From NCBI GenBank assembly GCA_951406725.2, contig OX597814.1, positions 3,162,001 through 3,226,000 on the forward strand: a stretch of 64,000 bases of DNA. The letters run 5' to 3'. A model generated the notes under the pieces. It had not been told where the DNA came from, did not search any database, and was given only the letters and a program-made list of their open reading frames with translations. This stretch comes from Octopus vulgaris (lineage: Eukaryota). Below, in pieces: positions 1 to 13,769 of the stretch (within the stretch, counting starts at the first letter, position 1; each line of letters starts with the position of its first letter). The translations under genes were made by a program, and so were the position numbers.

Positions 1-195
1 AATGCTTAGCGGTATTTCGGCTGCCGTTACGTTCTGAGTTCAAATTCCGCCGAGGTCGACTTTGCCTTTCATCCTTTCGGGGTCGATAAATTAAGTACCA
101 GTTACGCACTGGGGTCGATGTAATCGACTTAATACCTATGTTTGTCCATGTTTGTCCTCTCTATGTTTAGCCCCCTTGTGGGTAGTAAAGAAATA
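1..195 (+). mobile_element. tRNA-derived SINE family A (5' end cut by window edge)
   Basis: B-box gagttcaaatt, core gccgaggtcgactttgcctttcatcctttcggggtcgataaa, tail tttagcccccttgtgggtagtaaagaaata; closely matches 2931-3166. Confidence 0.88.
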
Positions 196-509
196 GGTAT
201 TGTTGAAAATCGTTGATGTTGTGGTGGTGTTGCTGCTGGTGCTGGTGCTGCTGCTGTTGTTGTTGTTAAGCAACAAGACGGGTAAGGGTGATTAGGTGAT
301 GGTCTAGGGTTTAGGGGCGGGAGACCCCAGACCTTGGAAAAAAGAAAACTTTGGTCGTCTTGTTGTAGTGGAGGGCTCTTCGTTGACGTCTGACACCACT
401 GGGAGGTGGCCCTCGAAGTCGCTGGAAATGGAGATCTCCAGGTCCAAATTTTTGGACGACTGCTGCTGGTGCTGGTGGTGTTGGTCCCCAGTGATCTTGC
501 TGTAGTGGT

Positions 510-817
510 GTGAAGGTGCGTGGCTTAGTGGTTAGGGTGTTCGGCTCACGATCGTAAGCTCGTGAGTTCAATTCCCAGCGACGCGTTGTGTCCTTGAGCA
601 AGACACTTTATTTCACATTTCTCCGGTCCACTCGGTTGGCAAAAATGAATAGCACGTGATAGTCAAAGGGCCGTCTTTGTTGCGTTCTGTTTCATGCTGC
701 ATTTCCCTGAGAACTATGTTATGGGTGCACGTGTCTGCGGAGTGCTCAGCCACTTGCACGTCAGTTTCACGAAGAAACTGAAACCCTCGTTGTCGTTACC
801 AACAGAGAGCGTGCCAG
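510..817 (+). mobile_element. tRNA-derived SINE family D
   Basis: Head tggcttagtggttagg...gagttcaattccc, then gtgtccttgagcaagacacttt; tail shared with family C. Confidence 0.83.
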
Positions 818-1149
818 TTTAGTTTTGTTGTGGTGGTCATGTAGCAGTGGGCATATACATGTTGTGGTTTGTGTTGTGTATGTGTGCTGAGTTTGTACGT
901 GTGTGCGCGCGTACGTGTGTGTGTGTGTGTGTGTGTAGTGGAAACCTGTTATTATAAGTTGAAAATTAACTGAAAATATGGAATCGTTACGATTCTAGAT
1001 TTTCATATTTTATATAATTTATTGAATTTAAGTTCGAAATTTAGCCATCAATTGGCCTCGTCAGGGTCTGCCAATAAACAGAGGCCAACAACTAGTGAAA
1101 AATCAAAGTCAATATTTATGAGATAGATAGACAGATATGTTTCTTTATT

Positions 1150-1445
1150 GGCCACACAGGGCTGAACACAGAGGGAACAAAATACAAAGTAGAACTTTTC
1201 TTTTTGAGAAGAATAAAGGGAAAAAAAGAAAAAAGGGTGGGGTAGAATTTCAATCAAAAGGGATCATGGAAAAAAAAGGGCCGATCAATAGGTATCGTTA
1301 GCCACACAGGGCCGAAGACAGAGGGGCCAAAATGCAATGTAGAACTTTTCTTTTTGAAAAAAGAAAAAAAGGGGAAAAATATAATTTCGATCAAAAGGGA
1401 TCATGAAAAAAAAAGAGTCGATCGAGAGGGATCGTGTATCACAGA
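1150..1445 (+). repeat. Two imperfect tandem copies of an approximately 150-bp unit
   Basis: gccacacagggc.gaa.acagaggg..caaaat.caa.gtagaacttttctttttga...tcaaaagggatcatg occurs at about 1151 and about 1300. Confidence 0.8.
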
Positions 1446-1502
1446 AAATATTATAAATATTACAAAAGGTAGAAAGATAGATAGATAGATAGACAGACAA
1501 AC

Positions 1503-1576
<74 letters not shown>

Positions 1577-1876
1577 AACGAAAGAGGAAAAACGTGAATT
1601 TTCAAATTTGACTGTGTCTATACCGGGTGGCGCATACATAACTAGACCTCGACATGGGCTGAAACTGGCCGACCCCCAAGTTATCTCAGTTGTAGCCCCG
1701 CAAATCTTAAAGACACGACAGAGAAGCAATGTAAAGTCGCGATGTAAAGTCTTCACACACAACACGTGTCTGTTTTGTTAGCAACACATCTGTATCGGTT
1801 AATCCCCATAGATTTCCAGAAATAATACAGGAGTTAAATAGACTTAATTTCCCTAAGGACATCATGTATGTATATG

Positions 1877-1907
<31 letters not shown>

Positions 1908-2434
1908 ACACACATCAATTGCGAGTATATATATATAGTGAGTGTGTCTATATATACATTCATATATATATAATATATATGAACGTGTGTGTGTATGTGT
2001 ATACATATATATATGTGTAAATATTTACCAATCGTTCCAGCACTCTCTGCATATATAAGTTCGCGTGTAAGGGAGAGAGAGGGATATAAGGGAGTGAGAG
2101 ATAGGGGAGAGGGAGAGGAAGGACAGATAACTGGGGAGAGAGTAAATATACACATGCAGACAAACATATTTGAAGAACGTAGTATATCATGCATATGTAT
2201 GTGTAAATACACACACTCTCGCTTCAGTATATGTGTGTGTGCTTTTGTGTGTATGCGTGTGTGGTGTAGTGTGGTGTGTGTGTGTGCGCATGTGTGTATT
2301 CACATAGGCACATCATAAAGCAACATTTGTTGAAATCCCACCCCCAAAACATAGTCCCCCGCCCCACATGTTATCGTGTAGATATTTTAGACGTCAAATC
2401 TTGAAAAAGTGATATCTACACACACACACACACA

Positions 2435-2480
<46 letters not shown>

Positions 2481-2530
2481 GATATATAAAACATATCTTA
2501 ATTTTCTTTCTACAACTTTTCAAGCTCCAT

Positions 2531-2603
<73 letters not shown>

Positions 2604-2930
2604 TTGTTTCCTTCCGCTCCTCCTCAGTTTCTCTCTTATCTTTCCTCCTCTCTTGCTTCTGTTGTTTTCTCTTCTCCGTCTTCTACCGCCATTAAATTTT
2701 TATCGTTATTTTCTTCCTATTTTCTTTGTTTCCGACAATAAACTCTATAAACACGCAACAATTGTTAACATACAAAGCTGTGTTTCTCTCACACATATTT
2801 CCTGTAACGTGCATTTATTCATTTAAATCTTGTTTCACCATAAACTTTTAGTGTTTGTTGAGTTTTCAGAAACGCTTACAAACCAAATACAAAATGGAAG
2901 TTTCGGTGTTTGTAGTAACTGTCCAAACCT

Positions 2931-3166
2931 AAGGCGGCGAGCTGGCAGAAACGTTAGCACGTCGGGCGAAATGCGCAGCCGTATTTCGTCTGCTGTTACG
3001 TTCTGAGTTCAAATACCGCCGAGGTCGACTTTGCCTTTCATCCTTTCGGGGTCGATAAATTAAGTACCAGTTACGCACTGGGGTCAATATAATCGACTTA
3101 ATCCGTGTGTCTGTCCTTGTTCGTCCCCTCTATGTTTAGCCCCTTGTGGACAATAAAGAAATAAGA
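2931..3166 (+). mobile_element. SINE family A, full length with 14-bp TSD
   Basis: Head ggcggcgagctggcagaaacgttagc, B-box, core and A-rich tail; flanked by the direct repeat aactgtccaaacct (2917-2930 and 3167-3180). Confidence 0.93.
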
Positions 3167-3412
3167 AACTGTCCAAACCTTTCCTTAGCTCCAGATATTT
3201 CTGTTCCACCGTCACACACGAAGTAATTATCTACACCTGATGACGTTTTCACTAATTGCAAATAAGTTTTTTTCCTAAACAATACAGTTATAAGTCATTG
3301 GGTGTTTCGATTTATCTGTGCGCGAATATGTTTAAAAAAGCAGATATCTCGATCTATGTCGAACGAGAAATAAGCGCCGATGTCTATTTACACCATAACA
3401 TTTTAATATATC

Positions 3413-3675
3413 GCAGCGTGGAAGGTGTTTATAAGCCATTTAAGAAACACACAAAAACCGTTAGATTCACTTCAACATTTAAATTTAATTTGTCAAAAAT
3501 ATTTTCGTCGCTTTAAAACCGGGACCTGATCACTGACAAAATCCCGTACTGCATCTTTTGTCAGTGAACAGGTCGCGGTCTTATGGCTTATAAACACCGT
3601 CCACGTTGCAATTGTTTGCGTTCCAGCACACGATCTCAGATCAGGTTACTTGCTATGCAAGTACATCTCCGTAAT
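3413..3675. mobile_element. Repeat with nested inverted repeats and a variant hammerhead-like motif (Penelope-like)
   Basis: Outer arms are 3413-3439/3583-3609 and inner arms are 3518-3541/3556-3579. A hammerhead-like fold lies on the minus strand at 3489-3540. Confidence 0.55.
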
Positions 3676-4148
3676 TTTAATATATGTTTTCTGTTAATTA
3701 TTTACACAACTCGACCATTAAATTTTTGATGACGGGCATTCCATTTATCTTACTGAAAAAAAGCTTTCTTATGGATAATATTTTTCTTTTTAAACATGCG
3801 AACTTGAAATTGTCCTAAAAGAGAATCAGGAAAAATCCTAAAAAGCTACACTCATGAAAGAAATATCTCCAAAATATGCTTCTAAATTATGGCTGACTTC
3901 TAACAATCTTCGCATACACTTCAAGAAATAAGGACTTACTGTTTTACTCTTCAATTCCAATCATAGTTTTAGTCATGATTTCGTTGTAGTTTAATTATAA
4001 TTTCCTGTTTATCAGCCCCACCCACCACAATAAAAGGAAATTTAAACATATATATTTTCACCAGTAAATAGATATATATATCTCTTTAGATTGTAACTGT
4101 CTATCACATATATATACCTATATACATATATATTCGTATATATAAATT

Positions 4149-4206
<58 letters not shown>

Positions 4207-4214
4207 CATACATA

Positions 4215-4579
4215 TCTCTCTCTATATAAACGGCAGTTTGTCTGTGCGTGTTTCTGTGTGTCTGTTTGCTTGTACCCTCACCCTGACCACGGCTTTCAAC
4301 CGATTCTGATGAAACTTGACACACACATAGCCCAATGTCATAATTCAAAACTAACGCAGCGAAAATTTTGAAAAGTTCCCCCAGTTCTGAAAAAAATCGA
4401 TAAATTCGACATGGGGTCGAGTATCAGAAACATAAACCGTCTAGGGGACGCAACTCCACCTTTTTTACTCTCAAAAAAATTTACCATCATTTTTTTTCCA
4501 TTTTTTGGCTATAACTCTCTAAAAATGCTTTATAGTTATTTCCCTTACAAACCTGAGCAACGCCGGGTGATACTGCTAG
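4215..4579 (+). mobile_element. Non-autonomous Helitron
   Basis: Starts A|TC, has a (TGTC/TGTG)-rich subterminal tract, and ends with a GC-rich hairpin acctgagc-aac-gccgggt followed by CTAG|T. No TSD; inserted in an AT dinucleotide. Confidence 0.75.
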
Positions 4580-4611
4580 TATACATATATACATAAATAC
4601 ATATATACATA

Positions 4612-4644
<33 letters not shown>

Positions 4645-4651
<7 letters not shown>

Positions 4652-4815
4652 TCTTTCTCCGTCTCCCCTTCTTTGGACTTTTTCTATATTTCTGACGAAG
4701 AGCTCCATTCGAAACGTTTCTTTTCTTTCCTTTCTTTAACACCGGACTTATTCCACGTCTTCACGTTGTTGTCTTTTCTTGCTTATTCTTGTTTGGATTG
4801 ACTTTGTATACAAAT
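4645..4815 (+). mobile_element. Penelope-like pLTR remnant with hammerhead-like motif
   Basis: CTGACGA A GAGC TCC ATTC GAAACGTTTC at 4692-4720 sits immediately after a (TA)n tract. Stem II and stem I are imperfect. Confidence 0.55.
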
Positions 4816-5005
4816 ATAAACGCGCAGCTTTCAGGCCAAGTTTGGTACACGTCCTTCCAGAATTTTCGAGATAAACACACACATATACACATACACACAT
4901 ACACACATACACACACACACGCATTTATATATATGCATGTGTATATATATATATATATATATGTGTGTGTTGTGTGTGTGTATGTTTATTTGAGCATGTA
5001 TATAT

Positions 5006-5240
5006 ATTCTTTTATTCTTTTCTTTGCTTCAGTCATTTGACGGCGGCCATGCTGGAGCACCGCCTTTAGTCGAACAAATCAACCCCAAGGCTCATTCGTT
5101 GTAAGCCTAGTACTTATTCTAACGGTCTCTTTTGCCGAACCGCTACGGTACGGGGAGATAAACACACCAGCATCGCTTGTCTAGCGATGGTGGGGGACAG
5201 ACACAGACACACAAATACATACATACATACATACATACAT

Positions 5241-5303
<63 letters not shown>

Positions 5304-5430
5304 ACTGGCTTCTTTCAGTTTCCTTCTACCAAATCCACTCACAAGGCTTAGTCGGCCAGAGGCGACAGGAGAAGACACTTACCCAAGGTGCCACGTAGTG
5401 GGACTGAACCCGGAACCGTATGGTCGGGAA
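5006..5430 (-). mobile_element. tRNA-derived SINE family B (internal microsatellite)
   Basis: Reverse complement of 5527-5927 and 32224-32632. Confidence 0.85.
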
Positions 5431-5526
5431 GAAAATCTATATGAAGAGAAATGAAGAGAGAGTAGGGGGAGAGAGAGAGAGCAGGATATTTCATGATTGT
5501 TTTGCTACGATATTTACTAGATTTTT

Positions 5527-5927
5527 AGGCACTGGAGTGGCTGTGTGGTAAATAGCTTGTTAACCAACCACATGGTCCGGGTTCAGTCCTACTGCGTGGC
5601 ACCTTGGCCAAGTGTCTTCTGCTATAGCCTCGGGCCGACCAAAGCCTTGTGAGTGGATTTGGTAGACGGAAACTGGAAGAAGCAAGTCGTATATATGTAT
5701 GTATGTGTGTGTGTATGTTTGTGTGTATGTTTGTTCCCCCAACATCGCTTGACAAGCGACACTGGTGTGTTTACGTAACCTAGCGGTTTGGAAAAAGAGA
5801 CCGATAGAATAAATAAAAGGCTTACAAAGAATAAGTCCTGGAGTTGATTTGCTCGACTAAGGGCGGTGCTCTAGTATGGCCGCAGTCAAATGACTGAAAC
5901 AAGTAAAGGAAAAAAATAAAAGAAAAG
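5527..5927 (+). mobile_element. SINE family B, near full length
   Basis: A-box-like tggctgtgtggt, B-box ggttcagtcc, internal (TA/TG)n tract, tail ggcggtgctc..gcagtcaaatgactgaaacaagtaaa. Confidence 0.88.
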
Positions 5928-6039
5928 ATCAGTTATACACAAAGACTTCATTAGAAGCTGAGTGTGTGTGAGTGGTGGGGGAGGAGTGAAATTTTGGAGG
6001 GGAAATTACAAAGCGAAGAAACGGAAATGCGGCTGAGCG

Positions 6040-6130
6040 AAGAAGAAAAAGAAGAAGAAGAAGAAGAAGAAGAAGAAGAAGAAGAAGAAGATTTATATAT
6101 ATATATATATATATATACGTATATATATTT

Positions 6131-6206
<76 letters not shown>

Positions 6207-6257
6207 GTATAAATATATATATATGTGTGTATATGTATATATATGTATAAATATATA

Positions 6258-6302
<45 letters not shown>

Positions 6303-6701
6303 AGAGAGAGGGGGGGAATAGCTAAGGTCAGTTTGGGTGTGAAGTTGGGATATTTCCAGAGAGCCACTCGAATATACATGTGTGTGTGTGTGTGTGCATT
6401 TCTTCGTTTCTAAATATATTTCATGGATGAATCCGCATGCATACATACATACATACATACATACATACATACACATACACACACACATATACATACATAC
6501 ATACATACATACATACATACACACACATACATACATACATACATACATACACACACACACATACGTACATACATACTTACATACATATATACATACATAT
6601 ATTAATACATACATATATACATCCACACATACATACATACATACATACATATATACATCCACACATACATACATACATACATACATACATACATACATAC
6701 A

Positions 6702-6734
<33 letters not shown>

Positions 6735-6796
6735 GCATACATACAAACAAAATATATAAATACATACATACATACATACATACATACATACATACA

Positions 6797-6830
<34 letters not shown>

Positions 6831-7038
6831 CATACATACAAACAAAATATATACATACATACATACATACACACACACATACATACATACATACATACAT
6901 ACATACATGCATACACAGACACATACTTACATACACACATATGGATAGATAGATAGATAGATACTTATGAATGTAAAATACATATGTATGTGTGTGTGCG
7001 TGTGCATGTGTCCGTTGGTGTTTGTGTGTGTGTGCGTT

Positions 7039-7113
<75 letters not shown>

Positions 7114-7130
7114 GTGTTTGTGTGTGTATG
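6040..7130. repeat. Compound microsatellite (GAA)n, (TA)n, (TACA)n, (TG)n
   Basis: Directly visible. Confidence 0.95.
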
Positions 7131-7452
7131 TCATTCTGTGTATTTGTTAAAGTGCGTGTGCATGTGTTTGTAAATCTATTGGTGCGTGGATGTGTTTGTG
7201 GTTATGAGATCTCCGCATCCACCGCATGGTTCTCCCCGCCAGCAAAAACCCTTAATGGGGTCATTATCGCCCTTATTCTATATTCAATACGTAAATGTGG
7301 CTGAACGGACACGGTTTGGGGAATCTGTCATTTGTATTGTGTTGTATTACTCGCTCCCTTGGGCAATGCACACAACTCTTCTAACCTACTTACCTTGTAG
7401 TATTAGGAACAGAACATCACATAGTCACATAGTAACCGGGAGCTTCTCCCCC

Positions 7453-7516
<64 letters not shown>

Positions 7517-7549
7517 ATATACATATATATATATATTTATATATATATG

Positions 7550-7606
<57 letters not shown>

Positions 7607-7610
7607 ATTC

Positions 7611-7735
7611 GTGTGGTAAGTAGCTTGCTTACGAACCACATGTTTCCGGGTTCAGTCACACTGCGTGGCACCTTGGGCAAGTGTCTTCTACTATAGCCTC
7701 GACCCCCACCAAAACCTTGTGAGTGGATTTCGTAG
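7611..7735 (+). mobile_element. SINE family B 5' fragment
   Basis: gtgtggtaagtagcttgc...gggttcagtc...ccttgtgagtggattt. Confidence 0.8.
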
Positions 7736-7786
7736 ATTTTTGGGGTGTCCAGTTTACGATCGTAAGATTGTTGTGAAAATAGTTTG

Positions 7787-7990
7787 CCAATATAACATGA
7801 CAGTCCTGGTTTAGGACGAATGTTGCTGTAATTTTTCCCCATGAGACATCGTCTCCAGCTGCCTATACGACCCGATCTGTGTCCTTATATTTTCGAACAA
7901 GGGAATCTAGCACCCCAGCTGAAGACGATGTCTCCTGAGGCTAAATTACAGCAGCATTCGTCCTAAACCAGGACTGCCATGTTATGTTGG
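7787..7990. mobile_element. Fold-back (about 75-bp imperfect inverted arms) copy of the same element family
   Basis: 7787-7861 and 7916-7990 are reverse complements. The spacer ctgtgtccttatattttcgaaca matches 19295-19317 in reverse complement. Confidence 0.65.
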
Positions 7991-9092
7991 AAAACAATCT
8001 TTACTCCAAAGTACTGTGGCTGAATATCTCTCGTTGTGAGATTTACAAATAGCAATTTTCTAATTCGTAAGATTATTGTTTCATATTCCTGGACCGGGCG
8101 ATGCGTTCTGCATTTCACGTTCCTCCAGTCCACTCAGCTGGCAAAAATGACTATTCCTGCGACAGACCGGTGTCCTGTCCAGTGGGGAATATATACACCA
8201 CACAATCCGGCTGAACCGACCCTATCAGTCTATATGACTCAGGACGGAGTTTTTCCCGCTCCTTTTTTTCATGTAATATTCACCAGTAATATACGGCGGT
8301 ATATGTTCAGCCGGTCGATGTCTTCTTTTAGAACAGCAGACGTATGGAGAAGCTGAATCTAAAATGTTTACGCATCACGAATCCATAAATGAACTTTGAC
8401 GTAGTGTATCGACCTGCTAGAAATAATAGTCAAATATTTTTTTACATCAGAGTCGATCACCTTAAAGGACGAAAAGAGCAACACTGGATAGTGTTACCAC
8501 AGGAAGATGTAATGGCCATGACTTGATACATGTGCACGCGCGCGTGCGTGTGTGCGCGCGCATGCGAGTGTGTACGCGCGCATGCGTGTGTGTGCGCGCG
8601 CATACGTGTGTGTGCGCGCCTGCTTATGTGTGTGAAGTGTATATATATATACACACACATATATATATATATATATATACATATATAACAAAAGAGAGAG
8701 ACATCCTGTGTTAGTGGCTGAGTATTCCGCAGACATGTGTACCCTAAATGAAATTCTCGTGCAGTTCAGTACAGTATGTGTCAAAGCTGTATTGTTTTCC
8801 CTTACAGGTGCAATACACCTATAGGATTCCACACAGTTTCCGTCTACTCTATTTTATTCAAGAAGCTTAAATTGACTCGAGGCTATGGCAAAGGACCCTC
8901 TGCCCAGAAACACATGCAGCAGGATCGAACCGAATACTTCATGTGTATGTATGCAAGTTGACGGAAAGGCTCCACTCGGTATTAATTAGTTCTGTCTAAT
9001 TAATAAATTAAACGAAAGCATTATTCAATCAAAGTCCTCGATGAGAAATAAAAATGAAAAATATGTCATTGGTTATCTATATTCATTTATCG

Positions 9093-9309
9093 TTTTATTC
9101 TTTTAATTGTTTCAAGTCATTTGACTGCGGCCATGCTGGAGCGCCGCCTTTACTCGAACAAATCAACCCAAGGACTTATTCTATGTAAGCCTAGTTACTT
9201 ACTCTCTCGGTCTTTTTCGCAGAACCGCTACGTTACGAGGACGTAAACACACCAACATCGGTTGTCAAGCGATGGTGTGGGAACAAACACACACACGCAA
9301 ACATAAGAA

Positions 9310-9355
<46 letters not shown>

Positions 9356-9495
9356 TAACAGGCTTCTTTCAGTTTCCGCCTACCAAATCCACTCACAAGA
9401 TTTTGGTCGGCCTGAGGCTATAGTAGAAGACATTTGCCCAAGGTGCAACACAGTGGGACTGAACCCTGTACCATGTGGTTGGTAAGCAGGCTGTT
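9093..9495 (-). mobile_element. SINE family B
   Basis: Reverse complement match to family B over about 400 bp. Confidence 0.87.
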
Positions 9496-9504
9496 AACAC
9501 CTTT

Positions 9505-9660
9505 TTTTTTTGGAGGCATCATCCAGTCCGGCTGATTGCCTGGTCCAGCCTGACTACATCTCTTCATCCATCCCAATCTTCCATTAGTGTTTTTAGGTCT
9601 TCAACTTGGCATCCAGCATCTTCTGCAACCTTCCGTGGTCTTCCATTTTGGAAGACAGTA
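9505..9660 (-). mobile_element. RTE-like LINE 3' fragment
   Basis: Minus strand translates GRPRKVAEDAGCQVEDLKTLMEDWDG*RDVV, resembling the RTE C-terminus (GRP...DL...M.DR..WR), with a short A tail. Confidence 0.5.
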
Positions 9661-10262
9661 AATTGAGCGTTCTGTTAGGGCCTCGAGCAGAATGCATCAC
9701 TCGTTCTCTTTCGACTTTATTTGCTCTCAGTCCAAACCTAGGTCAACCGCGTCTTTCATCCTTTCGAGGTCGGTTTAAAATTACCAATCAGAGACTCTGG
9801 ATTGGCGAAATTGTAAAAAAATCAAACCAATTGCCTTGTGGTTTTTGTTCCGGCTCCTTCCATTTGGAGTTCAAATCTTACCATGGCCTATGTGGCGGAT
9901 ACACATAACAGCAGGCCACGTGGGAACAGATATAAAAGTGGTCAGAACAGAACGTACCGAAATGGACCCATAATTAAACGGGCAAATCCGTAAAGAGGAG
10001 AAATAATTCTAATGTTTTTCTTTTACCCATAATTAAATTCTTGAAGCCCATAATATATGTGACAGTTGAGCACACGTGGGCTCCACTAAGAATATTCTAG
10101 ATCGTCTAATTGAAGTATTAGTCACTTAAAATTCCCAACGAGTAATAAAAAAATTGAACAGGACTCGACTATAATCGCATAATATGAAGTACATACATGC
10201 ATGCATTCATGTATATATATATGTATATGTGTATGTATACATATACATATATATATACATAT

Positions 10263-10393
<131 letters not shown>

Positions 10394-10956
10394 CAAATGA
10401 ATTTGTGTATACTTATATATAGTCACAAATCCCTAACCACTTGTGTGGTTATTCATCTGAAACGGAAACGCCCCACCACCACCGATAAATTCACCATCAT
10501 CACCATCACCACCACAACTACCATCATCATCATCATCACCATCGTCATCGCCATTATTATCATTACCTCTATCCCCATCATCATGATCGTCATTATCATT
10601 ATCATCATCGCCATCATCATCACCACCACCACCACCACTTCTATCAACAGCTTCAATTACCCTCTCTTTTCAGCTGACGGACCTTCCATCACCACTAGCA
10701 AAAACATCGCCATTTTATCCCCCCCCTTCCCTACCACCACCATATCCTGCACCAACAATAATTCTGGAGCAAGGGAAACCTCCAAGCCTGTTAGAAATGG
10801 CGATGAATCCGTACTCAAACTTCATTTCCTTATTTACATGCAAAAAGGAATTGATGGCCGTCCGTGGGACATCAAGCCTGGTTGATCCAGAACGACCCAC
10901 GGCTAAACAAGGACCTCGTTAAACGCTTTCTGCATCAACAATGATAACTTGTCTGA

Positions 10957-11260
10957 GTTCTCTCTGGATTATGACGACTGGGGTCCCAGCCTGCTGCTCG
11001 TGGAATCAACGTGCAAGCGGCTGTGTACTCCACAGGCACGCGTAACCCTTAACGTTGTGCTCAGAGAGATTCAGCGTGACACAGAATGTAGCAAGGCTGA
11101 CCGTTTGAATGACAGGTACAACTTATTTTTGCCAACTAAATGGAAAGGAGCAGCTTGGAATAAAGGGTTTTACTCAAAGAGCTCACCGTCGGGAACCGAA
11201 CACACGACCTTACGATTGTGAACTGAATATACTAACCACCAAGCTACGTGCTTTCACACA
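10957..11260 (-). mobile_element. SINE family D-related copy (diverged)
   Basis: Reverse-complement similarity to 510-817 and to the tail of 31312-31698. Confidence 0.7.
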
Positions 11261-12322
11261 ATGACAACAGCAACCACAACAACACCATAACGGTCACATT
11301 ATTTGCTAGAAATAGCAGTCAAGGTTTTCCTTAAACTACAACCTAACGTTTTAGGAAAGAGATGTTAGATAATACAGTTGTAAGGTTCTCTAGACATAGG
11401 AAGTGGTGGGCATGTTCATACCTAGCCCATGATCCCTTTTGGTCACGTGTTTGATCAAGGTTGGACTAGGGCTAAGCAACAACAGCAATGCAACAATAAC
11501 AAGTGCAACACCAACAGATCTAGGTAGTCGATTACCTTGCTAGAAATAGCAGCCAAATTGCCAAACCTCAGCTTATTATCGTGCAATAGGGGTGACTTTA
11601 ATATCACCAACACACCTAATGACACCACCACTTCCTCGATACAGCTCCTATCACTACCACCATCACCCGCTCAGTACTAGCACCGCTACAAACGACTTTG
11701 CTACAACCGCGACCATAAGACAACCAACCACCAATACCACCATCACCACCGCCGCCGCCGCAGCCGTGCCCATCACCGTTGGCATTATAGTCCAGTCACA
11801 AAAATCCAGGGAACACCACTGCCACCACCACCACCACCACCACTACCACTACCGTACTCCCACCATCACCGCCACCGCTATCACCACCCACCACCACCCA
11901 CCACCACCACCACCCCACATTCATTTAGTGTCTGTGAGAAACCCTGTCAAACCACTCTCTCGCGTTCGAATAATAGGGATTGTTCATTCCCTGCCATAAT
12001 TCAACGATGGATGGAGGAGGAGGAGGAGGAGGAGGAGGAGAAGGAATAGGAGTGGGGTTGATGTGAGGAGGTGGAGGAGGAGGGGAGTGTAAACGTTCCC
12101 AGATGGCCGCTGGATGGCGGTGGGGTTGGGTGGGGGTGGGGTGGGTGGGGGAAGCGGAGGCGCACCACTCCACAATTGATATTAGATCTTAATTTTCCCG
12201 GAAAAATCAACAACATTCGCCTTTACACATATTTCCCTTTCTCCGACATTTTCCTTCAACGTCTCTCTCCAACTCTCTCTCTCTCTCTCTCTCTCTTTCA
12301 CTCACCCTCTATCCCTCTCGCA

Positions 12323-12354
<32 letters not shown>

Positions 12355-12438
12355 ACATACACACACACACACACACACATATATTATATATACATATATA
12401 TACATCTTCATCCTATATTATTAGTAGTATACATATAC

Positions 12439-12471
<33 letters not shown>

Positions 12472-12478
12472 CATATAC

Positions 12479-12534
<56 letters not shown>

Positions 12535-12941
12535 GTATATCATATATAATATATATATGTATGTATGTATATGTGAATGATTAATTGTATACAGTGTATA
12601 TTACTCTTATATAAACTTGTCCATATACACATTGGTCTCTTTCTATCTGCGACTGTGAGAGAGCAAGAAAGAAAGAAAGAAAGAAAGATAGAAAGAAAGA
12701 AAGAAAGAAGGAAAGAAGGAAAGAAACTCACGTTCTCTTTGTCTCATTTCGTAATTCCAGTCTCACTTCCCCACCCACCCCCCGCACACACATCATTCTC
12801 TCTCGTTCTCTGAAACCGTTCTCGCTCATTCTTACATTACTGTACATGCGCACTCAAACACATGGGGGGTGTATAACCGCCTATGTGGATGTGTGTGTGT
12901 GTATGTGTGTGTGTCAAAGTACGAGTGAATATGCCTATGAG

Positions 12942-12973
<32 letters not shown>

Positions 12974-13340
12974 ATGTACGCACATAGATATACACCCTCA
13001 CGTTCATATGCTTGTATACGATTCTTTTGTATAATTATATGCACGCACTCACACACACACACACACACATATACACAGACACACACTCACAGAAAGAGGG
13101 GCAAATATACTGAAATATTGTCTTGAAATATTTATTTTCTCATTAATCTTTTAACACTAATACATCCAACACATGTCCATACACATACAATCGTATGTGT
13201 TTGTGTACGACCATACATCCCTGCTAGCATACACAGATTCATGCATACATCCATTTATCTAAACATCCCTACATCCATCCATCCATCCATATATCGATTT
13301 ATCCCTCCATCCATTCATCCATCCATCCATCCATACATAG

Positions 13341-13520
13341 AAAAAGAGAATATTTATGCTGAACTATTGAGAAATCTGCAGTTACTCTATCCAGATTACA
13401 AGTTCAGATTTATACCTGTAATTATCGGGGCCGTAGGATACATAACACACTGCCTAAATACCAATCTTGAGAAATTAGGCTTCTCAAAACCAGAAAGGAG
13501 AAAGCTAATTCGAAGACTAC
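13341..13520 (+). mobile_element. R4/Dong/NeSL-like LINE fragment (restriction-like endonuclease C-terminal region)
   Basis: Translates KENIYAELLRNLQLLYPDYKFRFIPVIIGAVGYITHCLNTNLEKLG, matching the K..Y..L.....PVIIGALG pattern of RLE-type non-LTR elements. Confidence 0.75.
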
Positions 13521-13769
13521 TTAGCAGTTCGGCAAAATAGACTGATAGAAGAAGTAACTAGCTTTAAAAAGTAACACGGGTCTCTATTCATCCGACTAAA
13601 AATTCTTCAAGGCAATGCTCCAGCATGGTCGCAGTCAAATGACTGAAACGAGTAAGATATATACATACATACATCATTATTACCAACCCCAGAATATTAC
13701 TGTGTTCGAGTCCTTGGACTCATAGAGCCGCTTACCTGGTTTCCCTGGTTTATAAGTAATCGAGACCAA

